From the NCBI RefSeq assembly GCF_009914755.1, contig NC_060925.1: a DNA stretch of 64,000 nt. The stretch is one strand, 5' to 3'. The DNA is from the human T2T-CHM13v2.0 reference genome, Homo sapiens. How positions within the stretch are numbered: position 1 is the stretch's first letter; every line of letters starts with the position of its first letter. The notes beneath the pieces are model-generated. The model saw only the letters and a program-made list of their open reading frames with translations. It made no database searches and was not told the origin of the DNA. Both the position numbers and the translations under genes were made by a program. Below, one piece after another: positions 14,291 to 26,878 of this stretch.

Positions 14291-14844
14291 AGCAGGAAGA
14301 TTTCTCTGTTGGGTTAACATACTATCAGCTAAGGAACTCTGGGGGAGCCTTCCTGCAAAGTAGGTCAATTCTTTGCCATATAATTCTGATTATGTCAAGG
14401 AATTTATTCATGAGTTTTCTAATTCAACCCACTTCAAATAGAGCCGTATTTATATAACCACAAAAAATTACATCCAAATTACAACTATAGGATGTAGCTC
14501 CTTGGTGAACACTAGGAAAATATTAACCATTTACATGGCGTATCTGCTCTGAAATAATAGGGCTATAAAATAGCATAACAATGGCTAAACTTGGAGACTT
14601 TCTCAGAAAGATAACAGTCCTCTGGTACAAATTCCAGATGATTCAGGTGCTTGCTATCTGCTAACAGAATTCTTATGCTATTGGACAATGCAGAGCGTAC
14701 CAGGTACTGGGCGCTTTGCTAAAAACCCATCAAAATGGCAGCCCCAGTAAAGCCACATTTTCAGGAAAGGCAGTACTTCCAGGCTGATATTCTGAGTAGA
14801 CTGGATTTTCCCGTTTGATTTTTTCTCTCTGGTTAAAAGCATTA

Positions 14845-15030
14845 TAGCATAGCAGTTTATTACCACATAGACAGACCTGGGTTCAAATGCAGACTTTGTT
14901 ATATTATAGGTGTGTAATTTTAAGTTATTGACCCTTTCTAAAGCAAAGCTACACCATCCATAGTGTGGCATAATAAGAGGTACTTCATGGGACTGCTGCA
15001 AGGGTCAAACAAGAGGCTGTATATTAGGAT
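14845..15030 (+). mobile_element. MIR SINE
   Basis: 'agacagacctgggttcaaatgcag' tRNA-derived head, followed by a degenerate core. Confidence 0.55.
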
Positions 15031-15114
15031 GGGGGTATTCTCAGCTTCCCTCAGTGGTCCTTTATGACATTTTAGTTTCAGCATTAACCAATGTTATAGA
15101 ATATCCTTCTATAT

Positions 15115-15469
15115 TGTATTAGTCCGTTTTCATGCTGCTGATAAAGACACACCCAAGACTGGGCAATTTACAATTGAAAGAGGTTTATTGCACTTATAGT
15201 TCCACCTGACTGGGGAGGCCTCACAGTCATGATGGAAGGTGGAAGGCACATCTCACATGGCAGCCAACAAGATGGCTTGTGCAGGGAAGCCCCCGTTTTT
15301 AAAACCATCATATCTCATGAGACTCATTCACTATCAAGAGAACAGCTCATGAAAGACCCGCCCCCCATAATTCAATCACCTCCCACCAGGTTCCTCCCAT
15401 GACACATGGGAATTGTGGGAGTTACAATTCAAGATGAGATTTGGGTGGGGACACAGCCAAACTGAATCA
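15115..15469 (-). mobile_element. MaLR solo LTR THE1 (THE1B-like)
   Basis: 'tgtattagtccgttttcatgctgctgataaagac...gagatttgggtggggacacagccaaactgaatca'; perfect 5-bp TSD 'tatat' at 15110-15114 and 15470-15474. Confidence 0.92.
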
Positions 15470-15780
15470 TATATTAAACGAAAACCCCTCCACCATAATC
15501 TGAATCTTGTTTTAGATGATTATATTCTTTTCTTGGTACATGATATGTAAAATCTGTATTACTAGGACAATTTGGCTGATTTGCTTCACTAACATTGGGA
15601 GGGATTGAATGCTAAAGGTCTAGTAAAATCTGGATCCTTCTGGTTATGGGCAAAGATTTGCAAGCAAACTCACCTGGAGAAGAGAGGAGACCTTCTGGGG
15701 GCAAACATCTCCAAGTAATAAGGTCACAGGGGCAGGATGAGGAAGCGGTTTATCTATCTTTCTAATATGAACTTTGTCCA

Positions 15781-16377
15781 TGGAGAATAGCAGAAAATGC
15801 CACCCAAAAAAGAACACTTTGGCATAAGGATTATTTTGAGCTAAAGGAAGAAGCAGATAAAAAAAAGAAGCAGCAGCAGATACAAAAAAAAAAAAAAAAA
15901 AAGCCCTCAGACTACCCACATTTGCCTAAAAGCGGGACATAAATTTGTAAATGTGTCCTCCCCTCTACCCACCAGCAGGGACAGAAGTCCATCACCAAGA
16001 CAACTTAGCCCTAAGATCACTCCAAAGGAATCTACATAGCTGACTTTATCAACCAGCACTTACCTTCTATTAATTTCCCTATATATTTAACTTTCTGTGA
16101 TTTGCTGCCCTAGAAAATCAGTCCTTTTCCCTTATCTTGTCACTATTCTAAAATTTTATTGTTCTTTGTTAAGATGTTATATACATACACCCAAGTTCTA
16201 ACCACCCCTTTGAGTCAGTCATCTTTGAGCACTCCCATGTTGTGTAGGATAAACAGGTTAATAAACTTGCATTTGCTTTTCTCTTGTTAATCTGTCTTTT
16301 GTCAGCCTAATTTTCCAGGCTCCAACCTGAGAAACTAGGAGGGTAGAGGGAAAAAAAGATGTTTTTCCTCCCCTATA
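15781..16377 (+). mobile_element. ERV1 solo LTR (MER34/MER39-like)
   Basis: 5' 'gaaaatgccacccaaaa...ctttggcataaggattattttgagct', AATAAA at ~16260, 3' end 'ttttcctcccctata'. Confidence 0.75.
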
Positions 16378-16989
16378 TTTACAATGTCCACATAGAATTA
16401 GGTAGTAGACATCCAGGCACTGAAGCCATAATAAAAGCTCCCATGACTCTGCAAACCAAAGCAGTCTTTGCCTTTTCTCTTATTTCACTCAAGAACTCTA
16501 AAGCGCACGGCCATGGAAAAGGACACTAGTAATAAGTTACGGAAACTACTCAGTCCAGTATCTGGGCAGAATCACTATTCCATATAAGGTAAGTGGAGGA
16601 TTATCATCATTCTTATTTTTATTTTGTTTTGGTTTGGTTTTTCACCTTCTTTTCCTAATCTGATCAAAGTACAGGCCATTTCTAGAATTCTTTTTCCAAA
16701 AGTTCTTCACCTCCAAAGCAATAAAATATAAGCTATATCAGATCTTTGGATGCCACAGAGTCTATACTCTTCTAAAATCACAATATAGGCATAAAGTAAA
16801 CTTTTGGTATTTGATGTCTCTTGACTATTCAGTTACTGACTTTGTCCCTTTGTCCTCCCTTCAGGTTTTGTGTGTTTTATGGCATGTTTATAAAAACCTG
16901 AGAATATAGTTTTCTCATCTGTAAAATGGGGCTATGACTATTTGCCTTACAACAGTATTACAGGGGCAGATATAGCCATGGGCGAAAAC

Positions 16990-17720
16990 CATATAAAAGT
17001 TCAAAAGTACCAAGTATTGATAAGGGTAGGAACCAACATTAACTCACTGTTTGTAAGATTAGAAATGGAAATAATCACTCTGGGAATATTGGTAATATAT
17101 AATAAAGCTGAAAATATAGATACCCTACTTAAAGCTAAATATACATACTTCCTCTGACCCAGCAATTCCATCCTCCATAATTGCAAGCTTATGTACACCA
17201 AGATATATGCAAAAAAAAAAAAAATGGTCATAGCATAGAACTTCAAACCCAGATGTTATAGAATGGAGTTTTAAAATTGTAGCATATTCATATAATGGTT
17301 ACTAAATCACAATAAAAATAAGTGAACTATGAATATATGGAACAGTGTGGATAATTCATAGATATGTAAGTTGTATAAAAGGAAATTAGGAAAATAGAAT
17401 ATGCATTGTGCCAGCATTTACATGAAATTTGAAATCTGATTAACGAAACTATTCATGAATTTATTTATTTATGGATAAAACTATAGAGAAAAGCAAGGAA
17501 GTATTATGAAAGACAGGAGAGTTTCTGTTAGAGGGGAAGAAGTAATTATGATTGGGAAGAGACATGGGGAAAATCCAGGCTGCTGGTTATGTTATAATGC
17601 CTTGATGTGGGTAGGTGTTTTATCTGTGTTCATTTATAATTACTCCGAGGTTAACCATTTATGTTTTATTCAATTTCCTATTCTTCTATCTGTATTATAA
17701 AATAAATGAAAAAAATATAC
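16990..17720 (+). mobile_element. Old L1M (L1ME-like) 3' fragment
   Basis: 'ctctgacccagcaattccatcctc' matches the L1 ORF2 3' end; A-rich L1M 3'UTR features follow. Confidence 0.65.
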
Positions 17721-19590
17721 AATCACATATATAATGCACCTAAGATAGTGTGTGGTAGCTATTAGGTGCTTTAAAAAAAAAAGGATAGCAATTCCCACCC
17801 CCATCGCCACCTCCTGGAGAATAAAAGATAGGTGAAAATGATATGCAAAATACCATATTTTAAAGGTTTTAACTAAAAGCAATGGACTCACTTAGGTTGC
17901 TTTTCATATAGGAGAAGTAAAATGTATTTATTTGGGAAGGAGACTCTCAGGGAATCCACTACTTGAGGAAATTCAACATGAGAGTCATCAGCAGATGTCA
18001 AACAGACCTTCAACCTCATTTAGAAATCTTGAAATTCAATATTCAGACTCATGCAGCAAATGGGCACATGGGGTTTGGGGCGGATTAGGAAAGAGGTCTA
18101 CACACCCTATTTAATGATGTAGAGCTGCTCTTCCAGGCAGTGGTGCTCAAAGAGGCCCCCACTGCTTGTATTTAAATGAGATTCTGGCACAGCAGCGAGG
18201 TGAATGGTGGATCAACGCCTAAAGCAGCAATCTACTAAACATCTCCGTGACTGGGGAAACCCCAAAGGGCTACATCCAAACCTTCGTACCTGCAGCCATT
18301 AATGACTTCTAGAGGAGCAGAGCTCAGGGAGGGACAACAATAGGTGAGAAGTCAATTTAATTTTCATTCCCTGCCAGACCATATTCTTAACATAACCCAA
18401 TGAGAATTTATGTCAGATGCACATTGTATATCTGTCCCTGATTTAAATGGCAGATCTCGTCTCCATTTCAGATTCATTCTTGGGCCTTTAGCTGCATTTA
18501 TTGAAAAGTGGCTGTATTCACTATGAACCAATTTTTCCATTGGGTTTTATTACTGAAATCATCAAAATAAATCACCTAGAATGCTCCATCCTACCTGGTT
18601 TGAAAGCCATTGGGGAAACGGTGAAATTCTTTTTTTAAAAAAATACATACTAGAAACACATTTGTGCACCTGAGACAATGATTAGCTATTGAATTGAAAT
18701 TGCTTTACATGTCATAAGGAAAAGTACTATTTAAACAAGAGTAGCATTGGAACAGACGGTGGACATCAATCCTTAGGATATTAACCTGTGAACCAGAGGA
18801 TTACAATAGCATGCCAATTTTCACAAACTAGTTCTGGTGTTTGGAATTAGTCTTCCTTTTCTATGTTCTTTTTGTCCTAGTTTTTCCGGGATGAAAAAAA
18901 GGAAAGAAAAATAAAGGCTACCCTGCAAGAGCCCCCTTTGTTAACACACACTGTTTGCATCCTGGCTCAAGTGTGAATCCTCCTACCAAGCTGTAAATCT
19001 TCACTCCTGCTTTTCTACAGAATCCAAGAACAACTTTGTTTGCAAACTTGCTTTGGAAATGGTAAGGCCAACCTTAGGTGAGAGGACACAGAAAAGGAGA
19101 AGCGGGGATCCTCACTGAGTCTGCCCGGTGACCCCTAAACTGCACCTTCCCCTTTCCCCCAGCCAAAGACCTTCTAACTTGCTTTTCTCCAATAGTTTTA
19201 ATGCAGACTGTTTTGGCTAGTAACAGTTTTCAAATCACACCACTTCCCAATTCTGTTATATCCCTAGGAGTATATGCTCTAAAATTTAAAATAGCTGCAC
19301 TCATCACATTGTTAATGTTTAATGTTTTCATGTGTCAGCAACCCAGGACTTTTTGCTTTTCTGCTGAAAGCAAAGACTTCAAACTAAAAAAGCAGAGCTC
19401 TGATGGAGAGGTTTCAAGACTTGCGGATGGGGGGTAAAGATTTTCTGAAGTAATTTTAAGGGGCCTCTGAAATCATCTGGCCTAAGATAGTCTTCTACTA
19501 GCTTTGTTCCTAGATAACAATGACAAAATATGTTACTTAGCTTCCTAGATACACTTCCACTGAAATGCAAATAAAAGGACTCCCCCCCAC

Positions 19591-19609
19591 AACAAACACA
19601 CACACACAC
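19591..19609. repeat. (CA)n microsatellite
   Basis: Direct reading. Confidence 0.8.
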
Positions 19610-20782
19610 TTCTCCTGAGTACCCACAACCTTCCGTAATGACCCAGATTTACTCCCATGGAAAAACAAAAGCTGGCCCTACTCTCTGCATGGCTCACTAA
19701 GGGTCATATTTTAATATTCAGTTCAAATGCCAACTCCTCTTAACACCTCCTGTCTCCTCTACCCCAGTCTCCTGTAGAAGAAGTAACCTTTCTTTTGCTC
19801 TTTCATTGGCATGGTCATAGCACTTGGTGCATTCTTTTCCCATAGTGGTGATGCCCAAACCTACTTGCCCACATAAATCTGTGTGTAAGGCTCCTGATGT
19901 GTGGCAAATGCTACTCACTACAGCTAATAGCTACCATCATGTGTGTGGGCATCTTTATCTCTGTCCGCTGCTCAAATGCCAAATGTCTGACCCTATCTCA
20001 GTGACCACTGTCTTTCCAGAGCATGTAACCCGGTGCTATGCATGTAGTAGACGCTTGATAAAAGTGGAAGGGAAAAGAAGTGATGTTCAGAAAACAAATA
20101 GCAGCTGTAGGGAAAGGAATCCAGTGGTGTAAATAAAATGTCCCACAGTCCAGGTTTCAGTAGAGTCTCTACAGAAGAAAGGCTTGCTGTAAAAATGAGG
20201 ACAGTGAGGCCTCGGACTTGACGGTCCTAAGAGTTGCCTTCAAAACTGAAATTTAAGTCCTCCAAAGGTAAGATTCTAGCAGCCTGTCTGCTTTACACAG
20301 ACCTGATAATCAATGAGACTTCTGAGAAGCAGCTGATCGATGCACTTCACAACACTATCATTGAACACTTATCTTGAAAATGCCCATGACAATCTATTAC
20401 ACAACCTAATTGAAGGAATGGATTACATGTTTCCTTATCTCTTTACCCAAAAACTGCAAACAGGGAATGGAAATACTGTACAAGGAATGCAATATGCAAT
20501 CTCCCAAATCAACTAGCTCAAGGAAATTCTGCTGGCTGTGTTAAAATTATTTCCCCTTATGATTTGCTTTATTAATTGAATATGTGCATTGCTGCCTAAA
20601 ATTAAGTACAAATGTGTATGCAAGCAGGAATAAGGAAGTCTGGCAAGGGCTTTGAAGACAGGCAAATGTGAATTTGAATCCCAGCTAAGCCCCTTCCTAG
20701 CTGTGGAGTATAACTTTAAATATCAAATGGAGATATGCCTTATTAGGGTTGTCATAAAAAGTAAATGTTACATTGCAAGTGA

Positions 20783-21095
<313 letters not shown>

Positions 21096-21757
21096 GCAAG
21101 TCAAGTATTCAACACACTGACAGGCACTCAAGTACTTGAGGAATTGTAGTAATAGAGGTTCAAACATTTACAGAACCCCCAACAATAGCAGCTATCAATT
21201 ACTAGTGTCCCAGGTACTTGTATGTTATCAGTAATGCTCATAATAAATCTCTTGAACATTGAAGGAATTATAATGCTCCATGTGCAGGTAAAAATATTGA
21301 GGCCCAGTCAGGTGGATCTGGCTGAAGCTGCAGAATTGGAAACTAGCAGATACGGGGCTAGAGCCCACAACTGCCTGTGCACTCTACATTGTATCACAAG
21401 GCCCCTTACTGTTTACATACTAGGCAGGAACTGTGCTGTATTCTTGGGATACCAGGAGGAAAGACTTATCTCCTACCCTAGAGAACCTCAATTTCTAATG
21501 GGGGCACTAGCAGTGAAAAGACAGTGTTAAGAGATAGTATAATGTAACTATAAAACGTATATTAGTTTCACAGTGGAGGTGAGCACAGGCCAGTCTCGGG
21601 GTAAGGAAAGGTGTTCTGGAGGCAGGGGGACAGCTGAGATGATTCTTATAGGACCAGTTGAAATTATCTTGGGAAAGAATGCAGAAATGAGCATTTCAGA
21701 GAGAGAACCTTGAGCCCAGGTACAGAGGTAGAGGATAGAATAGTATATCCAGAGTCC

Positions 21758-21995
21758 AGGGCTGTGCTGTCTAATATGTGAGACACTAGTACATATGGCT
21801 ATTTAATTTTAAATTAACTAAAATAATTAACTAAAAATTTTAAATTGATTGTTCAGTCACACCAGCCTCATTTTAACTGCTCAATAGGCACGCATGGCTG
21901 GTGGCTGCCACACTGGATAGCACTGATACATAGAAGTTCTGTCGTAGATGATAGAACATTCCCATCATCACAGAAAGTCCTTGTGGACAGCACTG
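21758..21995. mobile_element. hAT-Charlie MITE (MER3-like), within L2 remnants
   Basis: 'gctgtgctgtctaatatg...' and '...ggacagcactg' inverted ends; internal 'tgctcaataggcacgcatggctggtggctgcca'. Confidence 0.7.
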
Positions 21996-23279
21996 GGGGT
22001 ATTTAACCTGAGAGGATAAAATGTGAAATTTTAGAATACAAACAGAAGAGAATGAAGAGGGAGTGAGGGGCCTGATTATGGAGAGCCTGAAACTGACGGG
22101 GAACTGCCGAGCATTCTAAACACAAGGGTGAGGTGAATGGGTCTGGATTTTAGAAAAGTCTTTCAGACCTCAGGTTGGAGACCATATCACAAGGCAGAGA
22201 AAGGCTTAGATACTACTGGAGGTAAAGACAGTTACACTGACACAAAACCCTGTAGAGATGGAGAGGGAGGAACACTGGAGAAATACAGAGACAATGAAAG
22301 CAGAGAAGCAATATTGTGTGCAATGAATGAGGAAAGAAGCAACAGTTGCCACGATTATGGGTTGAGAAAATGCATGTGGTTCCATGTCCTGGGCTATGAA
22401 ACAGAGAGGGAAGGAGGTGATTTGAAAGAGGGTAGGAGGGTTGATGAGTCCATTCCTGGGCATGTTGATCCTTGTCCCATGTCACATTCTGATGGAGATG
22501 TCCATGAGGAAACTGGATGCAGGAATCCCAAGATGATACTTTCAAACTATGGTTGTTCCTAATAACTTGCCAGTTACACATTAGCTCATCTGGAACAATA
22601 AACCTATGCACCAAGCACTCCACTATATGGGAAAGTAATTTTTAAAATGAGGACAAAACTTCCTCTCCTCAGAGGACTCACAATTTCCAGGAGAGATAGG
22701 CAGTACTCTATATCATATTACAGCTATACCACAATTAAGAATATAAGAAAAGATCAACTAAGGGCTGGGTGAATGAAGACAAGGATGGGAAAGGAAGAAT
22801 CATGGAAGTTTTCTGGAGGAGACACCATTAGCTCAAGCCAGAAAAGGACATAGAGGATATCAGGAGACAAGATTGATGTTGGGGAGGGGACTTAGCTAAT
22901 AACAGATCAATTTTTCTAACTGGTGAGCTATAAAGCCACTGCTCTCCACTTTTTCTTACCATTATTAAAGAAATCAACAACACGACTTTTCCAAAAAGAA
23001 TTAAGAGCCCATTATATGAATAGAGGTAAAGGGAGTCACAGAAATCCTGCTGCCCCACATCCAGGCACCCTGTTAACAGGAGGGTCTTGGTACTAAAGAA
23101 GCTAGTACCCTCCACAAGAATGTGGGTGAAAGCCCTTTGTGTACCACAGGTGTTTCAGGCCAGAGCAAACTACAATAATCTGATTCAGGTCAAAGTGTAT
23201 AATACATTTAGGAGAAAAAGGATTCTTTTAATTAGATGGGAGAGAAAGCAGATTAGTGGTTACGCTGCATCCGTTCTTG

Positions 23280-24190
23280 CCCTTCTCAGATTCATTCTTC
23301 TCCCCTCTGCAGCTGGCACATCATCTTGAAGTGCATACCTGATCATGCTACTCCCGTGCCAACCCTGTCCTCTGTTTAAAAATCTATCTGTGGCTTCCCA
23401 TAGGATAAAGCCACAAATCCTTAACCTGGCAAACCCTCATTATCACAGATTTCACAGTAAAGAATGCAAGGTTACCAAAAATAAGAACTGCTGGGCCAGC
23501 TGATTCTACACGGTGACGACATTTCCATTTCTCCCCACCTATTCTGAAGCCTTCCTCTCTCATACATGGTTTATGCTCCAATCCCACCAAATCACACCTG
23601 GATCATGTACTCCACAAACCCTGTGCTCCTGGGTGTGCTTTCAGTGCCTGGCACCACACAGCAACACACACACAGAGATACACACTCACTCCTGTGCCCA
23701 TAAAAGTCCCATAGACGCTTTTTCATGATCCATTTCAAACACTGCCTAGTCAAGGATGGCTTCTCCCCAACTCAACCAGTTATGCTCTCACCCACTGAAC
23801 TCCAGGAGTGTAGCGATCCAACAAATATAACTGAGCACATGGACCCCGCAGGCATCCATGGCACAGAGATGGACAAACAGGGATCACAACATTCGTAAAC
23901 TCACTGACTCTCATCCTGAGATTGTCCTGGCATTGCAACCCACCCCAGGATCCTGCCATCCTGATCTTCTTGAGACCACCAACCTCTTGCTCACCCCTGG
24001 GTCTTTGATCATCCTCCTCCCCTGCTCCAAACATGCTTCCCCCTCTCTGTGCCAGGCGAACTCCCTGAGATGGCATTTCTTCAGGGAAGTCTTCTGCAAT
24101 TCTGCACAGTCCCATCACCACTCCTACCCCTACCATGTTAGGAACTTCCTTTGTTATTCCATAGTACCCTGGGCATTCTCTCTCCTGGAA
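23280..24190 (+). mobile_element. L2 LINE fragments
   Basis: 'ctgatcatgctactccc...ggcttcccataggataaagccacaaatcctt' and 'catttcttcagggaagtcttctg' are L2 motifs. Confidence 0.55.
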
Positions 24191-25844
24191 CTTATGATGC
24201 CACCAGGTAACAGAAAGTCTGGAGGCCTGAAGACCAGTTACAACAAGTTGGTAATGGTGGCAAAGAATAGAGGAGGACAGAATTTGCAGATTGTTAAGTG
24301 TACATGCTTCTGGCTTGAATACCTGGGCAAAGAGAAGGGAGCATTTAGGGGACAGAGTCTGAGAGACAATGCAAGATGTTCAAGAGTTAGAAGGAGGGAG
24401 AAAAAGAGAGAGGCAGGAATCCTAGGCAACCAAGACACAAGAATGGGGACAAACCTCACAGGCAACCTCACGCATAGAGGGCCCTTTAGGAAATAATCCC
24501 CGTTAAATCTTCAAACAGCCTTGAGAAGTAAAAAGGGACATCCTCTTGGTAGCACCTCACACTCAGCAGTATTAGCGCAGATGGAAGGTGGTACTCAGAC
24601 ACTGAACTAACAATGCTGTCTCCGAAGTAAGAAATTCCAAATTCATAATAATGTTTCTGGTTTTTTGTTTTTGGTCTTTTTTTCCAGAGAGTGAGGTAAG
24701 TTTTCCAGTGTCTGACAGCTAGGAAGTACCCGGACACTGTATCTCAAAGACTCCAAGTTGAGACCTTTCCTGTGTGCCACAATGCCGGAACAAACTCCCT
24801 CCCCGAGTACGAGATTCCAGAAGCAGAACCGTGGACAATTTTTAAACTCAGAAAGCCTCCTGTGGAGTTGGGACTCACAGCTCACAGCCACGAAATCACT
24901 GTCCATTAACTGTTTGGTTTCCTGAGAGCAGAGATTAGGGATCCTCAGTCTTGCCTGTATATCAATACCACCTGGGACCACTCAGACCAGGTGAATCAAT
25001 GTCCCTGCAGGTTGGGCCCAGGTAATGGTTTATTACGTGTTCTATGTAAGTTTAGGGTATAACCAAGTGGTTAGAATTACTAACTAAATCAAACCTCTTT
25101 ACTGACCAATTACATTAGAATGTAAATTCTCTCCAATATGTATCCGTGTTTCTCCAAAAACAGCCCCAGCTCTCAAGTCCAGGATTAGTATGGGAAAAAC
25201 CAACTCACAAAAACCCACATGTTGTGTCCAGCTCTCCACCACTTTGACACAAGCACCATCCCCAATCGATCAGTGTGAGGTGTGCTTATTTATTCTCACT
25301 TCTCTGGAAGATAAGGATTATAGGGATATAAAAAGCAGAGTGTGCTATAAAACATTATTTATTAGTGGGCCAATGGATCTTCATGTGAATCAGGTTTTAC
25401 AGGTTCCATTTTCCATTGAAACAATGGAATGTTACATGGCTAATAATAAGGCACAGGCCTTGATTAAATACCCAATCCATAATTCAATAAAGAGGTTGTG
25501 CTGACATAATCCGCAAAGAGGGACCCTTATGAATATCCAACTAAGGCCAAAACCTGAAATGCACGCGTCAGCATTTACCCCACAGAGGCATATTATTTGT
25601 AAAGTGTGCAAAACATTTTTCTTCCAGTACCCACTTCAAGAATTTTATAATTAGCAAAGTTTCATTAGCAGAATAAGACACTTTGTATTCCAAGTGATGG
25701 CTTGTCTGGAGTGTTAGGATGCTTTGCTGGGAAATTAACTATTCTGTGTCAATTTCTTAAGGAATAATTATGCTCTGTAACTGAATAACAGACTGGCAAC
25801 TGGGGAGGTCTTGAAAATTCCTAGAAGCTCAGCTCCAGGCTAAT

Positions 25845-25888
25845 TCATTTCTATTTTGTCAATTTTTGTCATTTCTATTTTGTCAATT
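25845..25888. repeat. Perfect 20-bp tandem duplication (24-bp period)
   Basis: 'tcatttctattttgtcaatt' at 25845-25864 and 25869-25888. Confidence 0.9.
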
Positions 25889-26742
25889 GACTGGACTGTC
25901 AATTTTTTATGGTTATTGTCCCCCCAAAAAGATGGGATCTAAAAGATACCAGGAGGTAAAGTTTCTGCTTTTTAAAGTAGTACTAAAACTTCATATTGCA
26001 CATAAAATTCTAAAACACACACATACTTCAAATGAAGTACATACCTTCTGTGATTCCCTAGGCCAATTTGTTTTTTATAAACACCTTGAATCTTAAAAAT
26101 GTGTTGTTGTCTTTTTTTCCTTTGACCACTAGGAAGCTCGGATCCAAATCTGTAACTCACACCAAACAACCAATAGGATCTCATTGCATGATTTTTTCTA
26201 TTACCTATTTCCTTGCTTCCATCTGAGTTATCTAACAACATTCCTTATTATGTAGACATCTTTATAAATCTCCTCACATCATCTATGTAACAAGGTACAG
26301 TATAAAAAAGCACAGTATCTTACTATAAAGTACCACAGTCTACACAGCAATTTGCGTATGATTCTGGAAAGTGTATATACCAAAGATGTAAATGTACTAT
26401 GGGCTCCTGGAATAGGTAAATGAATACAGAACTGCCTAAAAATCTGGGGCAGGTGGCTACTGCTCTGACACTGCACTTCCCTTGGGGCTGACAAAGTCCT
26501 CCTGCATTTGCTATCTTGTTCTTTGACGTTTCCAAGGTAAGAATTTGAAAATACATGACACTTTTATATAAATGTTCTTATCTACACTTTAAAACTGGGG
26601 CTAAAAAGAGGTTAAGAAACTTGCCAACAACGACTTGTGTCATAAATCGTGAAGCTGGGATTCTACTCAAAGTATTTTGTATGCAGGTAAGTTCTCAACC
26701 ATTCAGCTAATCCCAGTTTGTCTCAGCGCTGATTGAGTCACT

Positions 26743-26878
26743 GAAAGAGAGAGAGAGAGAGAGACTCCCACAAAAAGAGAGATCCCCCACAAAGACCCAC
26801 AAGGAGAGAGAGATCCCGCAAGGAGGGAGGAGAGGAGAAAGAGAGACAGACAGACACCCCACAAGGAGAGAGAGGTCC
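26743..26878. repeat. GA-rich cryptic minisatellite
   Basis: (GA)n followed by ~5 degenerate 'cccRcaa(g/a)(g/a)agagag' units. Confidence 0.75.

Noticed and set aside
23858-24496. Longest ORF in the window (212 aa)
   Set aside because: It overlaps L2 remnants, has no recognisable domain and lacks promoter or exon context; most likely a chance ORF.
26743-26878. CRISPR-like repeat-spacer array
   Set aside because: The units are degenerate and low-complexity with no unique spacers, and the DNA is eukaryotic.
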